A stretch of DNA of 64,000 nt. Source: Lama guanicoe (taxonomy: Eukaryota). This document shows, in pieces, positions 1-13,089 of this stretch. The notes below the pieces were generated by a model. That model searched no databases and was not told the DNA's origin. It was given only the letters and a program-made list of their open reading frames with translations. How positions within the stretch are numbered: position 1 is the stretch's first letter; the number at the start of each line of letters is the position of its first letter. The position numbers and the translations under genes were made by a program. The DNA lies in assembly GCA_013239625.1 (NCBI GenBank), contig MU053304.1:992001-1056000 (forward strand), in the 5' to 3' direction.

Positions 1-929
1 AAGGTGGCCTTTCCATCCCCCACCCCTCTAGCTTTTGGCAGTCAGGTGTGAGGATACAATTCTGGGGGCTCCTCTAGACTTCTGCACAGGAGGGAAAGCT
101 CTGATGGTGTCAGAGCTGGAAGCTGGAAAAGTCCCCAGGTCTCTGATGACACTGTTGAGTTACAGCCCTGACACTTCCCAACTGTTCTGTTGTTATCTGA
201 GATGATCTCCTTATTATCATTTTGAATTCTGTTTTCTGAAGTTTGCAGCACCAAGTAATCTTACTCATAATCCACTTACAAATCAAGTCTCAAAATGCCT
301 TGCAGCATTTGGAAACCTACCAGTTTTTACCCTTTCATTTTAGAACTGAATTAAAGAGAGTGATGACACTGGCAGAATATTTTTTTCAGTTTACAAAGCA
401 GCTTAACTGTGGGAGGTATGTAAGTTTCATTCAACTTTCATTCAACTAGTGAATTTTTCTCATGAAGCAGTGAAAACTTTTTGCACCTCAAAGTGTCTGC
501 ATTGAGAACAGTGACTGAGAATACAGGACACCTGGGAAGGGGGCGCTCAGTGAGCACCTGGGTTGGCCCATAGAGCCCGAGTGCTGGTTCAGGGTCCTCC
601 CTCTGTTTATTTTACAGATGGAGATGGGTGCTGGTGCCAGGATGGGAGAGCACATGTTTGTCTGCCCACATTCAGCAGGGAACAGGAGAACAAGCAGAAA
701 GGAGGCTGCTGGATCCTTACGAGCAGAGGTCACAGCCCTGCTCACCAGTCCCTCCCACTGAGATACATCTCTTTGCCTTTTTCTACCTGTGGACACTTGT
801 TGACCTGAGTCTACATGTTCTCCTTGTCTCTGGAAACTTACTGGGATCCTGCATGCTCACTGAGACCCAGAGGAGACCCAGAGCAGGTCTTCTCCACAGG
901 CTCCCTCCTTCACTATCAGACTTCTCATC

Positions 930-1445
930 TTTGGCCTCAGTTCCTGGCCCTCTGCTTTCTCCCTACGTCATCTCAGCCGCTGCCTAGGACTTTAAATCTC
1001 AACAATTGCTGAAGACTCCTATGTTCACAGCTAAGACCCACCTGTCCTGTGACCTCCCTCTATCCCTCTGCCTATGTGACATTTCCACTTGGTTGGTCAA
1101 TGTCTCAAAATTAGCAACAAAACAGAACCCTTGATTTCTATCCCTTATCATGCCTTGGTCCTCTGTCAATGACATCCCAACCTTGGAGACATCTTTGAGG
1201 CTTGCTTCTCTTTCCCTCATTATTTCACCCAGTCTATCAGCCAGACTTGCTGGTTCTTCTCCCAAAATATACCCATTCAATTTCCGCTCCACAGCCATCA
1301 CTCTGTTCCAGGCACCATCTTTGCCTGCCTGGACCAGTGCAAGTGATTCCTGCCTAATTGTCCTCCCCCTTTCCATTCTGTACCCAACAGGCACTGTGAT
1401 TATTTTGAAATCTAAACCAGCAGCTTGGGCTCCTCCCCTGTGAGG
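930..1445 (+). mobile_element. LINE-2 (L2) fragment
   Basis: Degenerate L2 3'-region motifs (atttccacttgg..tctcaaa; ccatcactctgttccaggcaccatc..cctggaccagtgcaag..cctaattgtcctccc). Boundaries approximate. Confidence 0.75.
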
Positions 1446-1877
1446 CGGGGATGAATGACCGGCAATGATGGGAAAGGCAGGGAGCAAGTTCTGAGGAGAA
1501 GCTCTGAGCTGCATAGGAACCTCTGTTCCCACTTCTCCCATCTCCTTCTATGTGTCTGTGACTCAGGGAACCACCCCAGGCCAGGGATCCATGGGAAACT
1601 CTGTTTTGACAATCCCAACAATAGGTCTTGCATTGTCCACAAGCGAGCCTGGGGTGCCGTGCCAAGAGAGCTGTGCCAGAGGACTGGGACCAGGAATGCA
1701 GCACTCAGTTCTAAGCTGAGAGGCTGGGAGCTTGGTCCACCCATAAGGACCTCCTGTATTCAGAGAAGGAATAGACACTAGCCCTGTGCTGTAGGGCTGG
1801 CAAGTTAGTGGGCTTGAGGACCACGTGGGCACAAAAGGGGTCCACGTACCTGCGGGACTGCAGGCCTGGGGACTTGT

Positions 1878-2049
<172 letters not shown>

Positions 2050-4009
2050 CTATGGGTGGGGGAAGGAGGAAATTGTGGGGTTCCCTCAGGACTGCAGGAA
2101 TACCCTTCTCCCCCCATAGGTCCTCCTCTCAGGGGAACACAGCTCCCTGCCTCCCTTCCAGTAAAGCTCTCCCACAGGACCTGCCAGGATCCGAGAATGG
2201 GCTGGCGTCCTGGGATGCCATATCCTCTGGACACTCAGGGAACAGGTCACAAAGGCAGTCAAGGCCGCCACATGCCAGGCGCTGTGCTAAACACCTCACA
2301 CCCGGAGTCTTCCTCAAGCTTGCCAACAGCCCTGTGAAGCCCAGTCCACCATGTCGCTCCCTTCTGGAGCTGAGGCATCGGAGGAAGCCGCATATCATAC
2401 CCACCACAAAGGTGGTGGAAAAGGGAAGTATATGATTATGCTAATTATTGTGAGGAAGGGTTCCACAAAATGCAATATCCATTTTGACAAAAATCCTACC
2501 GAAGTAGGGATTCTTATTTAATGGGAATGTGTATTTAAAGCCCAGCACCAACCTTCCACTCCACTGGGAAATGGAAAACTTACGGAAGCAGGTGCTAAAC
2601 TTGAGCAGAATTAAGACTACATGTTTTACCTAGTCAGAGTGGCCTCTGTCCCGCCCCCTCACTTTCCTAATTCTTGTCCCTTTTCCTCCCCACTAATGCT
2701 CTCCCTTTAAAATAGGCAACAGAGGATCCTAAGATCCTTTCAGAGTCAGCTCAGATACGACTGGTACTACAGTGTCTGTCTGGAACCCCGCTCAGGAGGG
2801 AAGCTCTTTGAACACCTACAGGACACGCATCACTTCCTGGCTTGCACCTTTGTTTCTAAATGTACATGTCTTAAGTTACCATGTAGAATGCAGTTTTCAT
2901 GGGTCAAGTTCCCTGTTCTGGTTCCCCTCACGGTGCCTAGCAGCCTATGCAAAATAAGCTTTTCCTACTTGTTGGTTTTAAAGTGATATGAATCCCTGGC
3001 GCAGCATGGCACCAGCTGGACGGAAGTAGTTAAGTGTGCGGAAAGACAGCCGATATTGGCGAGTGAGGCGGGGCGGGGACATGCCTTTCCCTGACAGGAG
3101 GTAGCCAGGCAGTAGAGTATCTTTAGCTCTGGCATGTTCTCCCCACACACGTGGGTGTCTGTTTGCTTCTCTTCTTGTGCCTGAGGGATGATGTTTTCAA
3201 GGATGGACAAGACAGGGGGAGGGACGAGGAAGAGGAGCAGGATGGGGATGGGGGATGGGTGGGCTCTGCTTCTGGGTTGGGGGATCCTCAAGCAGAAAGC
3301 CTCTTCTGTGGACATTTGGGAGACCTGAGTCCAGGCGGAGCCGTTCTGGGGCCCAGAGCTGCGGGTGGGTGGAGGTCTATCTCCCAGACCTTGCACACAG
3401 CCCTGCACCACTGGGAAAGTGAGGGACATCTTCAGTCCAGTTCCCTGGACCAGGGGACGTGGCAGCCACCAGGTTGCTCTTGGTGGCTTCGTGGAAGAGG
3501 AAAAGAAGGGCAGATACTGCGGACGATGCTGTGGGGGCTGCCCGGTCATGGACAGACCCCCGTGGGGCTGCCAGGAACAGCCTGAGACCCTCTCAAGGGG
3601 TGGAGGTCTTACTATTACCATTTACAATTATATTTATCACTAAACTCTGGGGGAAAGTCGTACGCAGTTCAAGAACCAGAAGCTGTCAGTTATGGCCTAG
3701 GCCACAAAAGGAGGTGCTGGCCCAACAGAGCCTTTAATCACCAAGCTCCTGAGTGACGGGGAAGTCATGACGGGCTGGAGCGGGGAGAGCTCTGAGCAGG
3801 GAGGGTGCCTGCGGAGCAAAGAAGCTGAGACCCCCGCAGAAGCAATCCCCGGTAAGGCAGAGTCTCAGCACCTCTCTGTGCAGGTGGGGCACCTCTGGGT
3901 GGGTCTGGTCAGAAAGGGCTGGGCGCCAAAGCCCAGGAAATGGCCACCGGGAGGGAGAGGCTTTCCTTCTGGCCTAGGATTCCCAGGAGGAAGTTCCACA
4001 CGACTGCTA

Positions 4010-4590
<581 letters not shown>

Positions 4591-5019
4591 CTTTCCATGG
4601 AATTTGCAGGAGGTGACAGCAGCAGGGAACGCCCATCCTATGAGAGGTGGCACTGAGATTCCTGCAGCCAGAGTGGCCATGTCCCATTTCTACAGATACA
4701 TCCATCCGGAAGACAACCGCTGCCCCAGGCTTTCCAAGCCCATCACCATTGCTGCCCTGGCTGAGAAGGCCAGCAGAACTTGGAGATGGCACCCTCTGCT
4801 GTTTTGCAAGAGGACCTCTGGCTGGATCAGTCCCTCCTCACGCAGCTGCTTCTGTCCTGGCTTCTTGACGGAGCTGTAGATTCTTCCAACTCTAAGTCCA
4901 TGAAGCCAGTGGTCAACTGGGGACAACTCAGCACACTTCATGCTTAGACCTGCCCACGACAGGAACTTTTCCTGGATGGGGAAGGGAGGGATTCTAAAGG
5001 CAAGACTGGTCTTTTTTCT

Positions 5020-5720
5020 TTTTTTAGTTAAAAAATAATTTTAACGGACATACGATTTCCATTCCATAAAATTTACTCCTTTGAACTGTTCAGTGGCTTT
5101 TAGTATATTCACAAAGGAATGCAACCATCATCACTCTCTAATTCTTGGAACTTTTTCATCTCCTGACAAGGAAACTCCCTACCCAGAAATAGGCACAGCC
5201 TGTTCTCCACTCTCCCCAGTTCCTGGTAATAGATCTGCCTATTCTGGACATTTCTTAAGTGGAATCATACAGTATGTGGACTATTTGGGGACTGGTTTCT
5301 TTCACTGAGCCTAAGGTTTCTGAGGTCCATCTGTGTTGTCACATGTATCACTACCTCATCCCTTTTTATTCCCAAATAGTATTTCATTGCATGGATGTAC
5401 CACAAGTAGTTTATCCATTCATCACTTGATGGACAATGAGTTGTTTCCACTTTTTGGCTATGATGAATAATGCTGCCATGACCATTTGTGCACAAGTTTT
5501 TGTGTGGACATATGTTTTAAATTCTCTTTATATAACTAGGAGTGGAACTGCTGGGTCATATGGTAGCTTCATGCTAAACCCTTTGAGGAATGGCCAGACT
5601 GTTTTCCACAGCAGCTCCACCATTTTACATTCCTGCCAGCAGTGTGTGAAGGCTCTGATTTTCCTACAGCCTCACCAATGCTTGTTACTGTCCATCTTTC
5701 TGATGATAGCTATTCAGTGG
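5020..5720 (-). mobile_element. Old L1 (L1M-type) 3' end, inside SPATA3 intron 1
   Basis: Typical antisense L1 3' text (tttatccattcatcacttgatggaca..gttgtttccactttttggctatgatgaataatgctgc..ggagtggaactgctgggtcatatgg). Confidence 0.85.
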
Positions 5721-6129
5721 AAGACTTGTACATTCTTGGTTGAAGATCATAATATGCACAATATTTAGTATAACACTCAAAACCATTTCTGTATGTTACA
5801 GATTGATTCCTAGCCACAGAAATAGCATCGTTACAGCCATACCCTGGATTTAGCACTCTCACCTCTCATTTATTTTGTGTCCACATCAACCCAGAAGGAT
5901 AAGCTGTGGCCTTGGGAGTGTGGCCTGCAGGGACCACAGAGCCACGGGCACTGGCTCTTGGTGGATCCAGGAGAAGCTCAGAGAGGGGTGTTCTTTCTCC
6001 TGCGGAGACCACAGACCTCTGGGATTGGAAGGTCAGTGCTCCAGTTAAGAGTGAGGATTGTGGAGTCAGAATAGACCGAGGGTTCACTCTTAGTGCTACC
6101 AGTGCCTGCATGGGAGGGAATCGTTTGAA

Positions 6130-6260
6130 CTCTTGAGCCTCAGTTTCCCCATCTATAAAATGGAGATATACTAGTACCTCCTTTATAGGGTGGTTAAATG
6201 AGATTAATGTAGACTGCTGAGTTGAGTGCCAGGCATGCAGTAGATGCTTGGTGATCAATG
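6130..6260 (+). mobile_element. MIR SINE
   Basis: gagcctcagtttccccatctataaaatggag..tacctcctttatagggtggtt..gagattaa core. Confidence 0.8.
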
Positions 6261-6495
6261 TTAGTCAGCTATGGTACTACGATTATCAGTAGTAGTGGAG
6301 TATTAACCAGCCCACCTCCTGAATTCCAGCTGAGTTCCCTCTACACAATCCAATGCTCGTTAGGACTCTGGCAACCCAAGAAGATGGGAGACCACTTTTC
6401 TCGGACAGCTATTCCATTTTCAGACAGAGCTAATTGTTGGGTTTTTTTTTTTTTACATTGAGCAGAAATCTGCCTTCTCTAGTGTCTCCCGTGGG

Positions 6496-6630
6496 TAGGT
6501 TGCCAGATTTAGCAAATAAAAATACAGGACACTCATGCCATATTCAGGACACACTTACACTAAAAAATTATTTGTTGTTTGTCTGAAATTCAAATTTAAC
6601 TGAGTGTCCTCTATTTTATCTGGCAACTCA
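6496..6630. mobile_element. MER53 palindromic hAT MITE (internally deleted)
   Basis: Terminal inverted repeats gttgccagat / atctggcaac and internal aaatacaggacactc / gagtgtcctctatttt. Confidence 0.85.
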
Positions 6631-7214
6631 ATCCACAAGCCCTTAGTCAGACATCTGAGGGTAACATGGAACAAATCTACCTACACCTTCCAACCCGCAG
6701 GCAGATGGGGCTGGTCCCTCAACCAATTCTCATACACCAGATGGATCTTGCCTCTCCCCACTCCTCTCACCCTGTATTAACCTGGACTATCTTCTTCCGA
6801 CTAGATTGCCAGGCATCTTTTACGGCACACAGACACAGCCTGATGAGGAAGGACAGAGTAAAGCAGTAAGACCACCTCCCTTGTCCTTAACTGTATTCTT
6901 CTATTAATGCATCCTTGGGGTTTATTTTTCAGCATTGGTACTGCTGACTCCCAGTGAGCTAGTATCACCACCGAGCCACGCTGAATGTTAATATGTATGC
7001 GTGGCTGTCTTCAGACAGACTCAGCGTGGTGAAGAATGACAAAACCCAGGAATCCGGGTCTTCTGGGTAAAACCAACCTCCCCCCCCAAGCACAGTTCCA
7101 GAATACACGTTAACCATGCATCACTACCCAATAAAGCAAGTATCAGCCTCTGGGTTTGCCCTGGGGCTCTGTCAGCGGGAAGGCTAGAACCACTGTGGCT
7201 AAAAGGCTGCCCAC

Positions 7215-7599
7215 CTGTTTTCTTGGATCGAGGGGATGCTTTTGTGTCAGTGTCTGGAGACAAGACGCCCCCAGCCGAGTGGCTGACTTCAGGAGATGGA
7301 AGAGCCTGGGGCCCAGGCTGCTGGCCGGTAGATTCATTGCTAGCCTGCGAAGTGAATCCAGAGCTGGGAGGCTGTGATGTGGGCCCGGCGCTGGGCGGTT
7401 GTGGCTGTGGTTGCAGTTGTGGTTGCTGTTGTGGTTGTGGAGTGGGCCCCGGGCTGGACAGCTGCGGGGTGGATCCAGAGATGGGCTGCTGTGAACTGGA
7501 TTCAGAGCTCTGCTGCTGCGGGGTGGATTCAGAGCTGGCGCGCTGCGAGGTGGAGCCACGGTGCCTGGACTCTGACTTTTTCTTCTTGCCCTTCTTCAT
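7215..7599 (-). CDS. SPATA3: SPATA3 coding exon 1 (MKKGKKKKSESRHRGSTSQRASSESTPQQ...KASPRSKKT)
   Basis: ATG in CCACCATGA context at 7599. Basic N-terminus and S/P/Q repeats like the recalled human [24 protein letters not shown]. Donor ACAG|GTGGGC at 7215/7214 (385 nt, phase 1). Exons sum to 385+175+106=666 nt, i.e. 221 aa plus stop. Confidence 0.95.
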
Positions 7600-9065
7600 G
7601 GTGGGTCCTCCTAACCTAAACGTGGACCTCCATGGAGCTGCCTAATCTCCCGGCTCCCTCACCGAGGGGCCGTTTGCCCCTGTCCTGGGGAAAGGCTCTG
7701 GCGTCCAGCTGGGCCCAGGCCCCCCAGGGAACAGTCACCCACACCCCTCCTGTGAGGTCACAAAAGCCAGGGTGGCTCTGTGGGACAGACTTCTCTGCTG
7801 ACACCAGCCTGCTGCCCTCCCTTCTCCTTGGCTCCTGGGGTGGGAGGAGGGCAGCTGCCATGCCCCTGAGGGACCTACTTAAGCCTGATCAAGGGCCTGG
7901 GACAACTTGGACCCCCATGATTCTGTGACCCAAGTGCTTCCTTCAGGCACCTGCCCGCTAGCGTGTTCCTGGTCCCTGTTCTGCTCTGAGACACCCTGGC
8001 TGTGATGCTTGCTCTGTCACCGGTTTTCACATATTGCCCTCCCCCCAAAACAGTCAAACAAACAAACTACTTCACCATGCATTTTGTTAGTTTTAGGTAA
8101 CTAAAGATTTGGGGGTCCATGGAAGGCCCACAGCCTTTTCTTATCTCAATTGTTCCCCTCCCAGATTATCCTACAGAGAGTGGCTTCCCCCTTCTCCCAA
8201 AGCCGGCCCTCCCCACTGTGGGAAGGAGCTGGAGGGGGTAATTCCTCAACTTTGATAAGAATCCTTGCAATTGGCAAAGGAATTTCCCCCCAAAGCACAA
8301 CTGCTGTTTGGAAAATTAAACTTCTCTGAAACTCTACACTGACAACAGCAGACTACCCTTCAAACTCCCACTGGTTGTGCCAAATTAAGGGACTATGGTT
8401 CTCACAGTTAACAATGTGATTTTCATTTTAGGACAGAAGAGGATACAGCATTTTAAAAAGACAACCTTAAACTTCACACTTTGCAACGTAGAATGCACTC
8501 ATTCACACTGGAAGATGACCTCCACTATGCATGCAGCCCTAGGTGATTATTCGACCGCTAACCCCCCGTGTCCAGGGGCTGATATTCCTACCCCGGAATG
8601 AGGTTTAGGGGAGACCTACCCAGAAGGAACCCCCATATAAGGTCAGACCAGATGTGAAATGTGAAATGACAGGAAATATTTTAAGGATTCTAGAACCTGA
8701 AAAGACCTTAATGATTCTCTTTTTTGCAGAAGAGAAACTGAGGTTCAGAGATGTTAAATTATCTTTCTAAGGTCATGCAAGCTGGTTGGAGGCATTGACA
8801 GGGCTAAATTCCCATTCAGGGCTCTTTCTTTTCATGACTCCAGAAGGCAATAGGGAGTCAGATAATTATGCAGGCCTTAAAATTAATTAATTAAAAAATC
8901 CCTTGACGGGATTGAAAAAAACAAAGGCACGAAAGATTAGTAACGAAAAGAAGATCCAATCAATAAAGTTGGGTTGAATTTGGTTGACACTTGGTGTGAG
9001 GAGGTTCATTGAGCAGGTGAGTCTACAAGAAGGTAGTAATTCCCTGAAGTCAAGAATAGTGGAAA

Positions 9066-9396
9066 GCCAAACAAACTTATTTACAAAACAGAAACAGACT
9101 CACAGACATAGAAAACAAACTTATAGTTATCAAGGGGGAAGGAGGGTGGGAAGGGATAAATTGGGAGTTCGAGATTTGCAGATGTTGACCGGTATGTATA
9201 AAAGAGATAAATGAGTTTATATGTACAGCACAGGGAACTATATTCAATATCTTGTAGTAGCTTATGGTGAAAAAGAATATGAAAATGAATATATGCATAT
9301 TTATGTAGGACTGAAGCATTGTGCTGTACACCAGAAATTGACACAGCATTGTAAACTGACTATACTTCAATAAAAAGAAAAAATTAAAAAAAAAAA
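9066..9396 (+). mobile_element. Lineage-specific L1 3' end with poly(A) tail
   Basis: aaacagaaacagactcacagacatagaaaacaaacttat..gggaactatattcaatatcttg..tatacttcaataaaa followed by an A tail. Probable degenerate TSD aagaatagtgga (9052-9063) / aagaacaatgga (9395-9406). Confidence 0.9.
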
Positions 9397-9571
9397 GAAC
9401 AATGGATCCCTTTGGGGATTCAACTTAGAATCAGAGAGACTGGAAACCCCAGTCAGGAATATTGTCCAGATTTAGCAGACAGGTCGGGAACTCCTAAGGC
9501 ATTTATCTCTGCAAAATTAGATTTTCAGGCACCAGTGGGCTTTTGACCGAGGGCTGCAACCTGATTTAAAT

Positions 9572-9797
9572 CAGGGTTTCTTAACCTCAGCCCTAATGAC
9601 ATTTTGGGTCAGATAATTCTTTGTTGTGAGGTTGTCCTTCATTGTAGGTGGTTTAGTAACATCCCTGGCCTCTGCCCACTAGATGACAGTAGCAACTACC
9701 GCTCCCAAAATGTGACAACCCAAAATGTCTACTGATATTATTAAATGCCCCTGGAGTGTTTGTGTATGTGAAAATTGCTCCTGGTTGAGAACCACTG
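9572..9797. mobile_element. MER20 hAT-Charlie DNA transposon
   Basis: Termini cagggtttcttaacc / ggttgagaaccactg and internal catccctggcctctgcccactagatg..tgtgacaacccaaaatgtct. Confidence 0.85.
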
Positions 9798-11659
9798 GTA
9801 AATGAATTGGAGAGGGCAGACACATATGGGTAGGATTTCCTGGTAGCAATGAAAGAAACATTCCATTTCATACCAAAGAGCCAAAAATGACACAGAAAAC
9901 AAATCCCTGTTCCCCGGGAGAGCGATGAAGGAAACATAGAGGGTCAGGCTTCAGAGGAGTGGGGAGTTTTCCTATGGCAGTGGAGAAAATAAGTGTGGGT
10001 TCTTTAGCAAGGGCAGTCGCAAGAAGCAGGGAGATGGTATTTGCGGAGTTAGAGGTTGTCCTGGAAAGATGAGGAAGAATGGCACTGCAGTAGTTCTATT
10101 CTAGAACGTCTTCCCCTCTGCCTTCTGGCCTGAGCCCTTCCTAGCCTGGAATTCTGACCCTTCCATAACACAGTCACAGCTCACTGTCCCAGGCTTACTG
10201 GCCACCTCATTGCTACCCACGTCCAGCTCTAGCTGATCAGCTGGTGAACATGCCTGACTTTCCTGCATTTGGGAAGCCCTTTCTCCTCCATCAGGCCCCT
10301 CCCCATCTCTGTCAGAACACTTCCCACCACCAAGATTCATCTCAAGTGGAACCATCTCCTCATAAAGCCTTTCTTGAGATCCCCAAATAGATGCGATCTC
10401 TCTCTTCCAGATCACATTCTGCATGTTAGAGTGATTTCTATCCTTGTCTTGTCTCGAGTTCCCCACTCCCAGACTGTGGAGACCATGCGCCAAAGTCCAG
10501 AGAAGGGGCTCAACTTGCTCTTGCTGCTTGAAGGTGAAGGTCGGAGGACAAAGAATGCAGGGAACCATTGAAGGCAGGGTGGGTGTGGCTGATGGGGGAC
10601 AAGGCACCTTGGAGATGGTCACCTAGGGCTTGTTTTCAAAGAGGGACTGGGAGTTTTGGCTTTGCCTGAGGGTCACAGTCGGAACAGTCCCTAGGTAAGG
10701 GGCTTTCCTAACCAGGTATGGCAGCCCTGGCTAGAGCTCATGGACTATTTAGGTTAGCCGGAAGAATGAGTCTAAGGGGATGCAAAGTTAGAGAGTCAGG
10801 ATGAGGTCCTGACCAGAAGGCTCCAGGTGGTTCTCGTCCTCGGGATGCACCCTGGGCACTCAGAACAAACATGGCACCACTTGTCCTGAAACTAGCATCT
10901 TAGAGCTGGATGACGCCACAGCTGGATGTCACCCCCACACGTCAGCAGCGGGGACACTTGCTCTGGTCACCACCAGGAGGTGGCAGAGCCTCCAGCAACC
11001 CCGGATTGGACTACTGCACCCAGAGCACTCCCCCCTTTCCGAATGCTGTTCCTGGAGGGGCTTTGGGAGACAGAGGCACTTGGTGCTCCTTTAAGAGCCC
11101 ACTGCCCGGGGTCCTCAGATCCACGGATTAAGCTGCTGGGGCCACAGGCCTGGGTTCCTTCATAGGACGGGTCTCAAGGGCTGTGGGTAAGAGTTCGGCA
11201 GCCGGCAGGCTACCCTAAGGCAGTGCCTTCCTTAGAAGGTCATTGTGAGGATGAGTCGTGAAAAGCCCTTAGAACAGTGCCTGGCTCACGATAGGCGTGT
11301 TTTTATTGTAGTTGTGATTCCCGTGGAGGAGAAGGCTAAAGAACCAAGCAAGGAACAGTGGATGTGGCGGGAGGGGGCGGGCCCAGAGCTACAAACTCCC
11401 AAATCTGTACCTTACAAAAGCGTGATTGCGAGCAATGGGTCAGGGGAAGGGGATTGGGCGGATGGGTGGGAGATGTGACTACAAGTTAATTGGAACACTT
11501 TTGACCCGAGATTGCCCCAGCGAGTCACCTGGGTGAGAAATCGAATTCATCTTCACCCAAAACGGTGTAAGAGGAGGCTCTAGGAGAGGGACCGTGACAT
11601 CAGGCATTTGTCGCTACTTGGGACCAACGGGGTCAGGGGACTCCCCTCGTATTTTAAGT

Positions 11660-12500
11660 TTCCCACCTGGGGACAACCGCGGCTACCTGGCGTTCCCACC
11701 TCCCGCCCTCGGGCCCCTCACCATCCGTCTGGGTCGCCTGCTCCACTAGGGGGACGCAGCCTCGCGCCGCCCTCTTGCGCGCTTGGCTGGCGGCGGGCTG
11801 GATGTCCAGGGTGCCCTCGGGGCGGCTGGGGCAGAACACGGCCGTGTACACCTCCACGGAGGGGCCGTGCGGGGCGAAGGCGCTGCAGAGCAGGGTCTCC
11901 ATGCGGCGGCGCGCCCCGGCCTCCTCGTCCGGCCGCGGCTGCACGATGATCCCGACGAGCGCGGCGAGCGGGCGGCCGCCCCGGGCGAGCACCTGCTGCA
12001 GGAGCAGCTGCAGCCGCGGCAGCTGGGAGGCCAGCGCGGCCGCGCGGCACAGCACCAGCAGCAGCTGCGCCCGGGGCTCGGGCGCCGCGGGCGGCTGCCG
12101 AGGCTCCTGGCCGTCCGGCGCCGCATCTTCCGTCGACCGGGAGCCGGGGGTCCGGGCCGGGGCCGGAGCCGCCTCGCGCTCGCACTCCTGCGGGTCCCCA
12201 GTCTTGCGCCCGTCGCACGGCCGCTTCTGCGAGTAGCGCTTGCACTTCGCAGCCGGGCAGTCAGCGCACGTCCACGAGCTGTCTGCGGAGCGCTTGAGCC
12301 GCCGCCTGGCGCAGTTGCTGGAGCTGCTGTGGCCGCTCGTGGCTCTGATGGACGAGGGTCGGGAGGGCTGATTGGTTGGGACTTGCTCCAGAATGTTCTG
12401 CAGGGTCAGGCAGCACTCATCCTGTCTCCAGAGCTCGCCTAGCAGGACAACCTGGCCGTGGCCCTCGATGGACTGGGCGGGAGCCTGTTGCTGCGGCTCG
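11660..12500. promoter_or_regulatory. CpG island over the C2orf72-like exon
   Basis: Very high GC content and dense CpG dinucleotides compared with the CpG-depleted flanks. Confidence 0.85.
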
Positions 12501-12547
12501 GCCTCCCCCTCCCCCGGGGCCCTGGAGGGCTGGGCCCCAGGCTCCAT
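11722..12547 (-). CDS. First coding exon of a C2orf72-like (DUF4630-family) paralogue, 275 codons plus 1 nt
   Basis: Part of the 409-aa ORF 11654..12883. Motifs GHGQVVLLGELW, LLLVLCRAAAL, AALVGIIV, METLLCSAF and AVFCPSRP resemble recalled C2orf72 motifs (GQVLLVGELW, LVFVLCRASSL, AALVGVLV, LEALLRAVF, AAYCPGLP). Likely start ATG at 12547 (GACATGG, strong Kozak). Donor GATG|GTGAGG at 11722/11721 (phase 1). If unspliced, the frame runs to a stop at 11654. Confidence 0.8.
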
Positions 12548-13089
12548 GTCCTGTGTGGCTCTCTTGCCCCTCTGGGCCCCGGCCTCCGATGGACAAGGGA
12601 AAAGCTGCCCTTCCCTGGAGCATGTCACAATACCCCTGCGCCCTACCTCCTCCTGCTGTGACCAAGGGCCTCTGCTCACTGTTCCTTGGAAATATTCCAA
12701 CCGAGGGAGGTTGCTGCTGGGTGCGGTGTAATGTGATTGGTTTCGCTTATCATTTTGCATGTCTTCGGTGTCAAAAAGGTACATCCCTTTATCCCACGAA
12801 TGGACCATTATGCCCAAGCTTCCAAGTAAAATTGATTTTTGTGCAGTCAGGGCATTTAAAAAGCACTGGACCTTGATGCTCACTGCACCTGGAACATTTG
12901 AAAAGCAGTGAGGAACACAGGATGGTTCTAGGTGGTTGCGCCCTAGGAGGCAGGCCCTACCTAGGCTCAGCCTGGCAGCTCTCTGGGTGATCTGGGAGCC
13001 AGAATGTCGGGCTATTATAAACTGATGCTTCAGGAAATGGTTGGTGGGAGAGGGGGTGGTCCCCTCAGTTCCAGTCTTCTATGGATATT

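Noticed and set aside
999..1541. 180-aa minus-strand ORF
   Set aside because: Antisense to an L2 remnant and no recognisable protein.
2965..3621. 218-aa minus-strand ORF in SPATA3 intron 2
   Set aside because: No recognisable homology. A chance ORF in GC-rich intron sequence, not needed for the SPATA3 splice model.
7663..7684. Possible 22-nt microexon (ctttccccag|GACAGG..CCTCG|gtgagg) upstream of the SPATA3 ATG
   Set aside because: Splice signals are plausible, but there is no homology support and it gives no clearly sensible product. Cannot be evaluated without RNA data.
10101..10622. 173-aa ORF as a candidate second exon of the C2orf72-like gene
   Set aside because: Phase-1 entry at the nearby acceptors (about 10530) hits TGA within about 5 codons, and there is no convincing similarity to C2orf72.
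11608..12876. Several overlapping plus-strand and off-frame ORFs of 110-220 aa
   Set aside because: Stop-poor shadows of the GC-rich CpG-island coding exon.
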